64,000 nt of DNA from sequence record KY555144.1. The stretch is one strand, 5' to 3'. Under the pieces are notes generated by a model. That model saw only the letters and a program-made list of their open reading frames with translations, did not search any database and was not told where the DNA came from. Below are positions 35,229-44,037 of this stretch, piece after piece (within the stretch, counting starts at the first letter, position 1; every line of letters starts with the position of its first letter). The position numbers and the translations under genes are program-made.

Positions 35229-35509
35229 CAGGCGACGCCCTGGGCGATTTCGTAGGTGATCTTCGAGACGCCAATATCGACCACGAACCGGTCGGGCGAG
35301 CCGTCGAACACGTAGTTGGCCTGACACCCGATCGGCATCATCTTGCCGTTGTCCATCCAGATCGCGTCCGGCGTGGCCTCGACCACGCCGCGCACCTGCG
35401 CCTGGGCCGGGGAAGGTTGCATCTCCACGCCGCCCACGGTGATCGCCACGGCCGCGAGACGCGCGCCCGGCTGGTTCAACTTGGCGATCAGGTCCTGGAT
35501 CGAGTTCAC
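35228..35509 (-). CDS. hypothetical protein
   Basis: GTG after cassette SD AAGGAGG. Confidence 0.78.
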   Translation of the reverse strand: MNSIQDLIAKLNQPGARLAAVAITVGGVEMQPSPAQAQVRGVVEATPDAIWMDNGKMMPIGCQANYVFDGSPDRFVVDIGVSKITYEIAQGVA

Positions 35510-35582
35510 GCGGCCTCCTTCTGTCGTTGTGTCGACATAAGCTCTAGCCGTGGTTTTCCGGCCTGTCAACACACAACCGCCA
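35510..35582 (-). promoter_or_regulatory. family promoter cassette
   Basis: TGGCG-N5-GTG-TTGACA-17-TAGAGC-7-GACACAACGACA-GAAGGAGG. Confidence 0.85.
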
Positions 35583-35588
35583 AGGGTC

Positions 35589-35620
35589 AAAAGAAAACCG
35601 CCGCCCCGAAGGACGGCGGT
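35589..35620 (-). terminator. intrinsic terminator
   Basis: Minus strand ACCGCCGTCC-TTCG-GGGCGGCGGT-TTTCTTTT. Confidence 0.88.
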
Positions 35621-35646
35621 CATGACAGAGCATGTCAGGAGGGACG

Positions 35647-37770
35647 TCAGACGTCCAGAGCGAAGGCCGGCGGGGAGACGTCCGGCTTCTGAATGATGAA
35701 TCCCCGATCCAAGAGGGGTGGGAAGACCTGCTTGAGCACGCCAGCCGCGACTCCAGCTTCCCCAGCGATTTCGGCGAACGTGAAGGCCTCGCGCTGGCCG
35801 GCGCTGGCGACGAACAGATCGTTGAGCGCCAGGATGACTGCGCCCGCCGGGCTGATCTCGTAAGCCATGTCGAAATTCGGGTCTTCCGACAGCCGTAGCA
35901 GGCCCTCGGCCTCCAGGTTCGCAATGAGCGCCTTGAGTTGGTCGACCTTGACCGCGCCGAGATGGGTTTGGATTTCCCAGGGCGCCGCCGGCTCCTCGGC
36001 GCGGACGGCTTGCAGCGTCGCGATCAAGGCGATCGCCGGCATAGCCCGCACGATCATTTCGTCGCCGTCCGTCAGGTCCGGGGCGTTGACCAGCAGATCG
36101 TTGATCACCGCGTCACCGTGGGTCTCGACATAGGTCCGCAGCCGCTTGAGGGCGACCAGGAAGTCGTCCTTGGTGATCGGCTCGATGCGGAAGGTCAGGA
36201 GCGGGTCGGTCGGAATCTCCGAGAAGTAGGCCCGACCCCGGTGGCTCCAGCCCTCGACCACATGCAGGAAGAGATCGATCGGCATGGCGACGGCGCCAAA
36301 GCCCAGTCGCGCATCGTCCGTCGCCTCCTCGACCTGCGCCAGGGCGTTATCGATCGCTTCGAGCGTGAAGCCCCCGACAAGGCCGTTTTCCGCCGCGTCC
36401 AGCACGTTGGCCGCTTCTTCGGTGCCGAGCCCCTCGACGACCATTTCCGAGGCCTCCTGAGCCGTTTCCTGCGGCAGGGCGTCGGCGAGCTTGCTCATCG
36501 CCTCGGCGACGCCGCTCGTGTCGAGTTCCAGCTTCAGGGCCAGCTTCTCAGGACGCGCCGAGTAGGGCACGCCCTGGATCACCACGGCGCCCAGGTCGCC
36601 GACGACGCGCTTGGTCACTTCCAGATAGGCGTAGCGCGAGGCGGCGTTGAGCAGCGACAGCCGCTCGAAGACGATCTGCTGCTCCTGCTCGCGCGACATG
36701 ATGCCCGTCTCCAGAATGAACAGCGGCTCGGAGCCGTCCAGCGGCGGCTTGGCCTCGCCGTCGTCTTCCGGATGATCCTCGTCGAACTCGGCGCCGCTGA
36801 TCGGCTCGCTCTCCGGCGGGGTGAAGCGGATGCCCGGCTCGCGGGGCGGTTCGGCGGGAGTGGCGTCGTCAAGGGGCATGTCGGTCCTTTGAGGCTTGGA
36901 GGTGATGAAGAGCGTGGTGAGATCGACGTCCCAGACCCCAGACCCATCGGTGAAGAGCGCCATGAAGGTCCCCAGGCGCGCGTCCCAGCGGACGGTCTGG
37001 ATCACGCCGTTGATCTCGCCATAGACGGCGGTCGCCCCGGCGAGCATGGCGTTCAGGGTCTCCACATGGGCGTAGCACTCGCCGAGCGTCGCGGGGCGCA
37101 CGGCGTGGAACGGGTATTGCTGATAGGCGCCCGGCGGCGAGACGAGGCGGACATTGACGTAGAGCGGCCCCAGATGGGTGTGGGCGTCGCGCAGGAAGCC
37201 GACCACGGTCTCCCCGTCGTTCTGGGTCGCCACCACAGGCATGCCGGCGCAGTTGGCGGTCAGGACCGCCGGATAGTCCTGGGGATAGGCCACGGCGTAA
37301 AGGTGGAGATGATCACCCCGGCGCTGGGCCTTCCAGTCGGCGACACACCAAGCCGCCACGCGCGTGGCCCCGAACTCCGGCGTCTCCTCGATCAAGACGC
37401 CGCCGTCCGGAAGGTCCGCTTGCCCAATATAAGGAACGACCTCGCTATGGCTGACGCTCCAGGCGGGCTTGGGAAATTGCGGGGTGATCATGAGCTTCTC
37501 GGTGAAGGTGAGATTGATGGCGTCGGCGTAGTGGACATACGGGCCGACCGGGGTGGTCCATGGCGGATCACCCTTGCGGATGTCCGACAGCGGCACCGCG
37601 ACGTGCCTGCCGTTGGGCTGGACGATGTCGGCCAGGATGCGCGGCGGCTGGTGCATCAGGGTCACGACGTGCCCCTCGCCCGCCTCGAAGGTGCGACTCT
37701 TGGGCCACCAGACCTTGGACCCGGTCCAGTGGATCGACTGGATGACAAGGTCCTGTTCGGTCCCGATCAT
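35647..37770 (-). CDS. large multidomain hypothetical protein (707 aa)
   Basis: Long biased ORF; acidic/Pro linker near the middle; C-terminal winged-helix-like segments. Confidence 0.85.
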   Translation of the reverse strand: MIGTEQDLVIQSIHWTGSKVWWPKSRTFEAGEGHVVTLMHQPPRILADIVQPNGRHVAVPLSDIRKGDPPWTTPVGPYVHYADAINLTFTEKLMITPQFPKPAWSVSHSEVVPYIGQADLPDGGVLIEETPEFGATRVAAWCVADWKAQRRGDHLHLYAVAYPQDYPAVLTANCAGMPVVATQNDGETVVGFLRDAHTHLGPLYVNVRLVSPPGAYQQYPFHAVRPATLGECYAHVETLNAMLAGATAVYGEINGVIQTVRWDARLGTFMALFTDGSGVWDVDLTTLFITSKPQRTDMPLDDATPAEPPREPGIRFTPPESEPISGAEFDEDHPEDDGEAKPPLDGSEPLFILETGIMSREQEQQIVFERLSLLNAASRYAYLEVTKRVVGDLGAVVIQGVPYSARPEKLALKLELDTSGVAEAMSKLADALPQETAQEASEMVVEGLGTEEAANVLDAAENGLVGGFTLEAIDNALAQVEEATDDARLGFGAVAMPIDLFLHVVEGWSHRGRAYFSEIPTDPLLTFRIEPITKDDFLVALKRLRTYVETHGDAVINDLLVNAPDLTDGDEMIVRAMPAIALIATLQAVRAEEPAAPWEIQTHLGAVKVDQLKALIANLEAEGLLRLSEDPNFDMAYEISPAGAVILALNDLFVASAGQREAFTFAEIAGEAGVAAGVLKQVFPPLLDRGFIIQKPDVSPPAFALDV

Positions 37771-38192
37771 GCGGACGCCGCCGCGCCAGCCGGCGTCAAA
37801 CCGTAGATGGTGGGGCCTCGCGGCGACTTGCCGATCGCGACCACTTCCAGATAGCCCATATTGTTCAAAGCCTTTGCCGTTTCATGATCGGGATGGTCGG
37901 TGTAGACGTTGAGCCGCCCGCCCTCGCCCATCGCCTGGGCGGCGCGCAGAAGGCTCGCCTCGGCTTCGGTCAAGGTGACCAAGGCGACGTCCTCCAGCGC
38001 CACGTCGATCACGCAGGTCTGACCCTGGTGAACGAACTCGATAATCGCCAGCCGGCGATAGGTCCCCGGCAGGACCGCGAGGCAGACGCCTCGGACCTCG
38101 ACCTTCTGGCGGGCGGTGATCGGGAGATAGAGGCTCGTCTTGACGGCCTTGCCCTTGAGGGACAGATGCTCGTGCGTCGCCAGCGGGATCAT
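37767..38192 (-). CDS. hypothetical protein with C-terminal winged-helix-like segment
   Basis: LTEAEASLL...AKALNNMGYLE...YGLTPAG. Confidence 0.75.
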   Translation of the reverse strand: MIPLATHEHLSLKGKAVKTSLYLPITARQKVEVRGVCLAVLPGTYRRLAIIEFVHQGQTCVIDVALEDVALVTLTEAEASLLRAAQAMGEGGRLNVYTDHPDHETAKALNNMGYLEVVAIGKSPRGPTIYGLTPAGAAASA

Positions 38193-38434
38193 GGCTCGAC
38201 CTTCCGGACAGTGTAGGATAATTCGTCGTGGACGCGACCGTCGAAACTAGCCTCGTAGCCGGGGCCGAGTTCGGCCAGGATGCGCGCCTCGATCTCGGCG
38301 AAGTCGATTTTCGCCATCGCCTGTTCGGCCGCCCGCATCTGCTGGAGGAAGCCGTCCTTGATCTGGCGCCCCGCCTCGGTGCGGATCGGGATGTTCTGGA
38401 TCGGCGGCTCGGATTTCGACAGACGCTCGCCCAT
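38189..38434 (-). CDS. hypothetical protein
   Basis: Coupled ORF; DFAEIEARILA motif. Confidence 0.72.
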   Translation of the reverse strand: MGERLSKSEPPIQNIPIRTEAGRQIKDGFLQQMRAAEQAMAKIDFAEIEARILAELGPGYEASFDGRVHDELSYTVRKVEP

Positions 38435-38982
38435 CAGGCCCTCCGGCGATAGACCCGCACCGGGCGGGTGGGGAGGCGTTTCTCAGGCGGCTTGTAGGCG
38501 ACCAGGGCATGGCTGATGCAGTAGACGCCCGCCTCGGCGCGGCATCCGCAATGGCCAAAGTCCGGCGAGTTCGGGTCGCCATAGGGCCAGCGGCACATTC
38601 CGCGCTTGAGTTCGGCCGTCGCGAACAGCCGCGCCGGGCGCGGCGGGATGACCGCCGTCCCTTCAGGGACCAGGGCGAGCTTAGGCTTGGCCGGCGGAGC
38701 GGGCTTTTCGACCTTCTTGGGCTTACGCGCCGTGGCCTTCTTGACCTTGCGGACCTGGATGCCCAGGCCGCGCGTCTTCTTGCGGCGGGCGGTCGGAGGC
38801 GGAACCTTCTCGCCCAGTTCGCCGGCGGCCTTCAGTCGGTCGGCCTTGCCGCAGACGGCGCTCTTGGTGCGCGGCACGCTCAGGCGCTGACCGATCTCCT
38901 TGGTCCCGACCGGCTCCGCCCAGAGCTTCTTGAGCAGGGCGATGTCCTCGTCCGGCCAGTCGGAATTCCGCTTCTTCACCAC
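38434..38982 (-). CDS. gcrA: GcrA cell-cycle regulator homologue
   Basis: W.DEDI.LLKKLW.E.....EIG..L...TKSAV.GK.DRL; basic linker; EL..GMCRWPYGDP..PDF..CG.....YC..H..AY. Confidence 0.92.
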   Translation of the reverse strand: MVKKRNSDWPDEDIALLKKLWAEPVGTKEIGQRLSVPRTKSAVCGKADRLKAAGELGEKVPPPTARRKKTRGLGIQVRKVKKATARKPKKVEKPAPPAKPKLALVPEGTAVIPPRPARLFATAELKRGMCRWPYGDPNSPDFGHCGCRAEAGVYCISHALVAYKPPEKRLPTRPVRVYRRRA

Positions 38983-38989
38983 GCTTGCA

Positions 38990-39169
38990 CTACTCCTTGA
39001 TCTCGACGCTCTTGGGCGGATTGGGATGAGGAACGAAGACCAGGGCCACGTCCTGACCGCCGGTATAGCGCGTGCGCCGACTGTAGAGCCAGCCGCCTTC
39101 CACCGCCAACCGCTCGGTCACCTGACCATCGGCTTCGTCGATCTTTTCCCACTTGGACTTCTTAGCCAT
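38990..39169 (-). CDS. small hypothetical protein (59 aa, not in ORF track)
   Basis: MAKKSKWEKIDEADGQVTERLAVEGGWLYSRRTRYTGGQDVALVFVPHPNPPKSVEIKE; SD GAGGGG. Confidence 0.78.
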   Translation of the reverse strand: MAKKSKWEKIDEADGQVTERLAVEGGWLYSRRTRYTGGQDVALVFVPHPNPPKSVEIKE

Positions 39170-39219
39170 CTTCCCCTCGAATTTGGCGGCACCCTAGAGG
39201 AGCGTTCGAGTGTTGACAA
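39170..39219 (-). promoter_or_regulatory. leftward promoter at the strand switch
   Basis: TTGTCA (39219-39214), 17 nt, TAGGGT (39196-39191). Confidence 0.55.
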
Positions 39220-39253
39220 GCACCAATGTCGCTGGCTTTCGAGTGTTGACAAG
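39205..39253. repeat. 16-bp direct repeat, 33-bp period
   Basis: TTCGAGTGTTGACAAG at 39205-39220 and 39238-39253. Confidence 0.95.
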
Positions 39254-39304
39254 TCCGGTGCTCGTCTATAGGGGAGACCGGGACGACAACGAAAGGAGCC
39301 TGCC
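39233..39304 (+). promoter_or_regulatory. family promoter cassette (start of right arm)
   Basis: TGGCT-N5-GTG-TTGACA-17-TAGGGG-7-GACGACAAC-GAAAGGAG. Confidence 0.85.
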
Positions 39305-39613
39305 ATGCGCTATGTGCTCGACTATGCCGACGACCGGGACAAGCCGGTCTACACCGATTTCCAGGCCGGCGACCGCAAGGCGGCCATCGCCAAGGCCAAG
39401 CGCCTGCTCGCCAAGGCGATCAAGACCGTCGATTTCTCGCTCCACGGGGCCTACATCTTCGTCGATCCGACGGGCGTCGCCCGCGACGTCGACGACATGA
39501 TCCCGTTCGGGATGCTGAGCACGATGGCCTACGCCAGCATCATCACCCCGTCGATGATCTCGTTCGACGACCGCGACGCCAAGGCGGCGATCGCCGCGAG
39601 GCTCGTCCAATGA
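39305..39613 (+). CDS. hypothetical protein
   Basis: First gene of the right arm; SD AAGGAG. Confidence 0.85.
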   Translation: MRYVLDYADDRDKPVYTDFQAGDRKAAIAKAKRLLAKAIKTVDFSLHGAYIFVDPTGVARDVDDMIPFGMLSTMAYASIITPSMISFDDRDAKAAIAARLVQ

Positions 39614-39822
39614 TGGATCGTCAGGACGTTCAGCCCGGCTTCATCTATCGCGGTGGCAAGAACGGAACCCTCCGTCAGATCGTGAGCTATGGGGCGACCG
39701 AGGATTTCGTCTGCTGGGCCAATCCCCACGACCGCCTGCCCTACGGCGGCTTCATCTCCACCATCTGCACGTCCAGAACGTCGTTCGCCCGCTGGGCCGA
39801 CAAGATCGAGGAAGAGGTCTGA
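39610..39822 (+). CDS. hypothetical protein
   Basis: Coupled 70-aa ORF. Confidence 0.72.
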   Translation: MMDRQDVQPGFIYRGGKNGTLRQIVSYGATEDFVCWANPHDRLPYGGFISTICTSRTSFARWADKIEEEV

Positions 39823-40094
39823 TGAACACCTTCTTCCTCCGGCAGACCAAACGGGACGAGCAGGGTCGACGCTACTTCGAGTTCGTCGATCCTGACCTGA
39901 CCCAGCGCCTCTATGTCCGCAAGCCGCCGGACGACTGGTCCGAGGGCTTCCCGATCGTCCTGGAAGACTTCGTCGACGGCAAGCCCGCCGGCTCCATCAT
40001 CTGCCCGGCCGGGAAAAAGCGGGGGCACGGATTCGCGGCCTTCTTCAAGGCCAACCCCAAGGATTTCCGCAAGCTCAAGAAAGGTCGCCTATGA
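39822..40094 (+). CDS. hypothetical protein
   Basis: Coupled 90-aa ORF. Confidence 0.75.
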   Translation: MNTFFLRQTKRDEQGRRYFEFVDPDLTQRLYVRKPPDDWSEGFPIVLEDFVDGKPAGSIICPAGKKRGHGFAAFFKANPKDFRKLKKGRL

Positions 40095-40348
40095 GGATTC
40101 CCCAGCCCGTCGAATTCACCGTGGCCGACCTCATCGCCCACCTTGCGACCCTTCCCCAGGACGCCAAGGTCGGCGTGCGTGGCGGGTTCGGGGGCTTCCG
40201 GCCGCTCGACGAGATCGCCCCGATCGAACTCGTCACCTTCTACGGCGCGACCGACGTCGACCGCATGACGCTGGCGACCGCCGACCCCATCGCCATCAAC
40301 TGGAAGGGCAAGCGCGGCGAGCCCTTCACGGCCATCATTCTCGACTAG
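40091..40348 (+). CDS. hypothetical protein
   Basis: TVADLIAHL..LPQDAKV pattern common in phage proteins. Confidence 0.78.
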   Translation: MRIPQPVEFTVADLIAHLATLPQDAKVGVRGGFGGFRPLDEIAPIELVTFYGATDVDRMTLATADPIAINWKGKRGEPFTAIILD

Positions 40349-40356
40349 GAGGACCC

Positions 40357-40596
40357 ATGACCAACCATGTCTGGATTGAACTCGAACCGTCCGCGTCCGA
40401 GGGCCACGCCCGCGCCGCCGCCGCGTCGGCCATGCTGAAGCGCCTGGGTGTCGACGTCGGCGTCCACAAGCCGGTGTTCTGGCACGAGCGCAATGAGCGC
40501 TACTGCTTCACGCTCGACGCCTCGGGCGTCTACGTCGAGGCCGAGGACCACGGCCACTGGTACAACCTCGATTTCCTGGCGGGCGCCGATGTCTGA
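40357..40596 (+). CDS. hypothetical protein
   Basis: SD AGGAGG, MTNHVWIE... Confidence 0.8.
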   Translation: MTNHVWIELEPSASEGHARAAAASAMLKRLGVDVGVHKPVFWHERNERYCFTLDASGVYVEAEDHGHWYNLDFLAGADV

Positions 40597-40984
40597 GGTC
40601 TTCCCGCCGATCCGCCCCCGCGAGGCCAGGGACGAGGAAATCCACGGCTTCGTCGTCCGCTACGGCTGGTTCTGGAACGTGACCCTGCTGAACGGCACGA
40701 TCCTGGCCTTCGATCCCGACGATGTCGACCCCTGCCGCTACGGCGTGACGGGCAAGGACGACTTCCGCAACCTCGCCGGCGCGCCCGAGACGATCGCGGC
40801 CTACGAGTGCGTCCAGGGCTGGCACGCCAAGGCCAAGCACCTCTCGGGCTGGACCGAACGTCACGACGACCGGCTCGAAGCCCTGCGGACGGCTTATCGC
40901 CGCCTGGAGGAGCAGCGCGAGCGCAACAGCCGCGCCCTGGAGGAGCACGGCGGCATCTTCAAGTTTCTGGAAGGTCAGGACTGA
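40589..40984 (+). CDS. hypothetical protein
   Basis: MSEVFPP...; coupled. Confidence 0.78.
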   Translation: MSEVFPPIRPREARDEEIHGFVVRYGWFWNVTLLNGTILAFDPDDVDPCRYGVTGKDDFRNLAGAPETIAAYECVQGWHAKAKHLSGWTERHDDRLEALRTAYRRLEEQRERNSRALEEHGGIFKFLEGQD

Positions 40985-41226
40985 TGCAGAGGACCCTCCA
41001 TTCGACCGGCCAGGAACTTTCGGTCAAGTTCAAGTTCCCCAGTGAAAACCTGACCTTGACCGTGCATGCCGAACAGGACAGCCCGATGGCGTTCCTTTGG
41101 GTCGAAGGCCGCTCGGTCGACTATTTCGAGAAGCTCCTGAGCTTCGAGCCGGCCGATCTCGATCTCTTGATCGCCACCCTGTCCGAGGCGCGCAAGATGA
41201 TCCGCGAGCGCGAGCCGCAGGACTGA
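40984..41226 (+). CDS. hypothetical protein
   Basis: MQRTLHS...; TGATG overlap. Confidence 0.75.
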   Translation: MQRTLHSTGQELSVKFKFPSENLTLTVHAEQDSPMAFLWVEGRSVDYFEKLLSFEPADLDLLIATLSEARKMIREREPQD

Positions 41227-41227
41227 C

Positions 41228-41482
41228 ATGCTGACCAAGGACGAGATCACCTTCGCGGGCCTGATCAAGGCCATGGAGGACGCCCGACGCACCGCCAAGG
41301 CGGCGGGCGATCTCGTCAGCACGGCCGAGATCGCCCGCTGGTTCAAGGAACACGCGCCGATCATCCGGGAGGTCCGCGACAAGGCCGAGGCTGACGAATT
41401 CGACGCTGGCGCGAGAGTGTTGACAACCTCTGAGGAAGGGGCTAAAGACACCCTCGACGACAGCGAAAGGAGCCTGCCTTGA
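41228..41482 (+). CDS. hypothetical protein
   Basis: 84-aa ORF whose last ~25 codons are a promoter cassette. Confidence 0.72.
   Translation: MLTKDEITFAGLIKAMEDARRTAKAAGDLVSTAEIARWFKEHAPIIREVRDKAEADEFDAGARVLTTSEEGAKDTLDDSERSLP
41407..41478 (+). promoter_or_regulatory. family promoter cassette
   Basis: TGGCG-N5-GTG-TTGACA-17-TAAAGA-7-GACGACAGC-GAAAGGAG-TTG. Confidence 0.85.
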
Positions 41483-42498
41483 CCGACTTCCCGATCATCC
41501 GCGCCGCCATCTCGCCCCGCCGGGCCGCCCAGTTCGACGCCGCCCTGGCGAACGTGAAGGCCTTCACCGAGGAAGGCGTCCTGATCAAGGCCGAGTGGAA
41601 CGACATCAAGGACACGTTCAGCCGCGCGATCGCCGAGACCTGGGACGCGTTCAAGGACAAGGAATACTACCCCCGCGCCCGCCAGGGCGAGCACGAGAAC
41701 GTTGGCAAGCTCTACTGGGAGCTTCTGAGCCCCTACCCCCATGTGCTGGCCGGCTATCTGAAGAAGGTCCAGAACGCCAAGAACATCGAGCCGGCGATCC
41801 TGCGCGATTTCCCGATCGCCTTCTTCACCGAGGCCCTGCCGCTCAACGACATGCTGGTCGCCCTGAAGCCGCTGATCGGCAAGCGCGCGCCCAAGAAGAC
41901 CAAGGTCCAGATCGAGCGCGAGGGCAAGGAGCGGACCTGTCAGGTCTGCGGTCGCGGCATCCTGGCCGAGAACGGCCGGATCGCCCACCACGGCTATCAG
42001 CGCCCCGGCATGGGCTATCAGACCCCCTCGTGCAGCGGCGCCCTGGAACTGCCCTTCGAGATCAGCCGCGACGCCCTGGGCGTCGACATCGAGAACCTGA
42101 AGGCCTACCGCGCCCGCCGGCAGACCTATCGCTCCGACGTCAACCTGGAACTGGTCAGCCTGCCGGTCAAGTATCAGGTCTCCGAGCAGGACCCGCGCCG
42201 CGCGCCGGGCTTCAAGCATGTGGTCGACAAGATGATCCACGTCACCCGCGCCGACTGGGACGCCCAGAAGGCCGAAATCCCCGAGGCCTTCGCCGGCAAG
42301 TACGGGCCGCGCAAGCCCAACTACACCTACGAGCCCTTCACCTTCGACGCCCTGAAGACCCAGGTCCTGGGCATGGTCGACGGCGAGATCGAGTTCATCA
42401 CCGGCACGATCCGGGCGCAGCAGAAGCGCTATGACGACTGGAAGCAGACGATGGAGTTCGTCGACGGCCAGTACCGGACGCTGGAGGTCGCGGCTTGA
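41479..42498 (+). CDS. hypothetical Zn-binding protein
   Basis: CQVCGR...IAHHGYQRPG.G.QT.SC.G motif. Confidence 0.85.
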   Translation: MTDFPIIRAAISPRRAAQFDAALANVKAFTEEGVLIKAEWNDIKDTFSRAIAETWDAFKDKEYYPRARQGEHENVGKLYWELLSPYPHVLAGYLKKVQNAKNIEPAILRDFPIAFFTEALPLNDMLVALKPLIGKRAPKKTKVQIEREGKERTCQVCGRGILAENGRIAHHGYQRPGMGYQTPSCSGALELPFEISRDALGVDIENLKAYRARRQTYRSDVNLELVSLPVKYQVSEQDPRRAPGFKHVVDKMIHVTRADWDAQKAEIPEAFAGKYGPRKPNYTYEPFTFDALKTQVLGMVDGEIEFITGTIRAQQKRYDDWKQTMEFVDGQYRTLEVAA

Positions 42499-42683
42499 CT
42501 ATCACTGCCCACGCAGAATCCGTCCTGGCGCTCCAGGCGCAGGCCGCCGACACCCTCAATCGGGTGATCGGAGAGCGCAACGCCGCCACGGGCGCGAAGA
42601 AAACGCGCCTGCGCCGCCTGACCCTGATCCTTGAAGACGTGATGGGCGCCTGCAACGACGCCGTGGAGGAGATGCGCCGGTGA
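42495..42683 (+). CDS. hypothetical protein
   Basis: TTG start overlapping the upstream TGA. Confidence 0.65.
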   Translation: MTITAHAESVLALQAQAADTLNRVIGERNAATGAKKTRLRRLTLILEDVMGACNDAVEEMRR

Positions 42684-43075
42684 TCTTCAGTTCCAAAACC
42701 CAGCCCCACTGCCGCTGCTGCGCCAAGCCGATCAAGAAGCACACTCGCCGCCACTATTTCGGCTCCAGGGAAGCCAAGGACAACGGCTGGTCGCTCGACC
42801 GGATCGAGACCCCGATGTCGGAGGACGAACTGCGCCGGCTGGTGAACGGTCATATCGTCTCGTTCGCCTGGAGCCACGACGTCACCTACGACGCCAACTA
42901 CAAGGCCGTGCGGAAGAAGACCCACATCGCCTGGGCCAACGTCTGGGACGGCGAGACCTACGAGGACGGCTATTTCTGCACCCTGCGATGCGCCGCCGCG
43001 TTCGGGAGCATGGTGGCCGAGCACTATCCCGATATCCACACCCAGGCCTACGCCGACTTCAAGGGCAAGCGATGA
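42680..43075 (+). CDS. hypothetical Cys-motif protein
   Basis: CRCC...YFCTLRCA. Confidence 0.78.
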   Translation: MIFSSKTQPHCRCCAKPIKKHTRRHYFGSREAKDNGWSLDRIETPMSEDELRRLVNGHIVSFAWSHDVTYDANYKAVRKKTHIAWANVWDGETYEDGYFCTLRCAAAFGSMVAEHYPDIHTQAYADFKGKR

Positions 43076-43794
43076 ACGACGAGATCAAGAGAACCCACGA
43101 GGCCTACGGGACCATCGGCTATAGCCACACCCAGGGCGACACCGATCTGGTCGGCGTCGACTACGCCCAGGGCCATTATGTGACCCTGACGATCAAGACG
43201 GCCATCGCCCATGAGGGCGAGACCCATGACCGCTTCCACGGCGACAAGTACATCTGCAAGGTGGCGATGAGCGAGGTCCAGTGGGCCGCCTTCATCGCCA
43301 ATCCGAACCGGGGCGACGGCGTGCCCTGCACCTTGCAGTTCTATCGCGATCCGCTGACCGGTGAGACCAAGCACCCGAAATATCATCGCGAGCAAATGAC
43401 CCGCGTCGAGCGCACCCGCGAGGCCGTCACCGCCCGCGCCAAGGCCCTGTCGACCAAGGTCAAGGAGGCCCAGGCCGAGCTTCAGCGGCTGATGGATGGC
43501 GGCCCGATCAAGAAAGGCGATCTGAAGACGCTCAAGGACCTGCTCTACTTCGCCAACCAGGACATGGAGTCGAACCTCGGCTACTTCGTCGAGCGGGTGG
43601 AGGAGACCATCGACAAGGCGGTGGTCGACGCCAAGGCCCAGGTCGACGCCCATCTCGACTTCGTGGTTCGCGAACTGGGGGTGCGGGCTCTGGGCGCGCG
43701 GCTCCAGGAGGCCATCGACGCGGGCCATGATCCCGGCGCCATGGGGCAGGCCCTGATCGGGCTCGTGGCGCCGCCGGAGGCAGACCCGACGTGA
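43072..43794 (+). CDS. conserved phage hypothetical protein
   Basis: H.AYG.I...V.MSE.QWA.FI..PN.G.GVPCT motif with helical C-terminus. Confidence 0.85.
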   Translation: MNDEIKRTHEAYGTIGYSHTQGDTDLVGVDYAQGHYVTLTIKTAIAHEGETHDRFHGDKYICKVAMSEVQWAAFIANPNRGDGVPCTLQFYRDPLTGETKHPKYHREQMTRVERTREAVTARAKALSTKVKEAQAELQRLMDGGPIKKGDLKTLKDLLYFANQDMESNLGYFVERVEETIDKAVVDAKAQVDAHLDFVVRELGVRALGARLQEAIDAGHDPGAMGQALIGLVAPPEADPT

Positions 43795-44036
43795 GCCGCC
43801 GGTTCCTCAACCGCTGGGCCGAGGCGGTCGACGGCTCGCCCCAGTCCAAGCCCTTCCGGACCAAGGGCCTGTCGTTCGCCCATGCCCGCAGGACGGCGCG
43901 GGAGACCCAAGGGGTCGTCGCCGTCGAACACCAAGAGCCCGTCAGCGACGCCTCGCCCAACTGGGCGGTGATCGAGCGCTGGGAATTCTATCCCGACGGC
44001 CGTGAGCGCCGCACCCTCAAGCTGGAGACCGTCTGA
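43791..44036 (+). CDS. hypothetical protein
   Basis: Coupled 81-aa ORF. Confidence 0.72.
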   Translation: MSRRFLNRWAEAVDGSPQSKPFRTKGLSFAHARRTARETQGVVAVEHQEPVSDASPNWAVIERWEFYPDGRERRTLKLETV

Positions 44037-44037
44037 C

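Noticed and set aside
39170-39304. CtrA boxes or GANTC (CcrM/GcrA) sites as the explanation for the promoter motifs
   Set aside because: No TTAA-N7-TTAA was seen, and GANTC occurs in only a few cassette spacers (e.g. near 44569) without fixed position.
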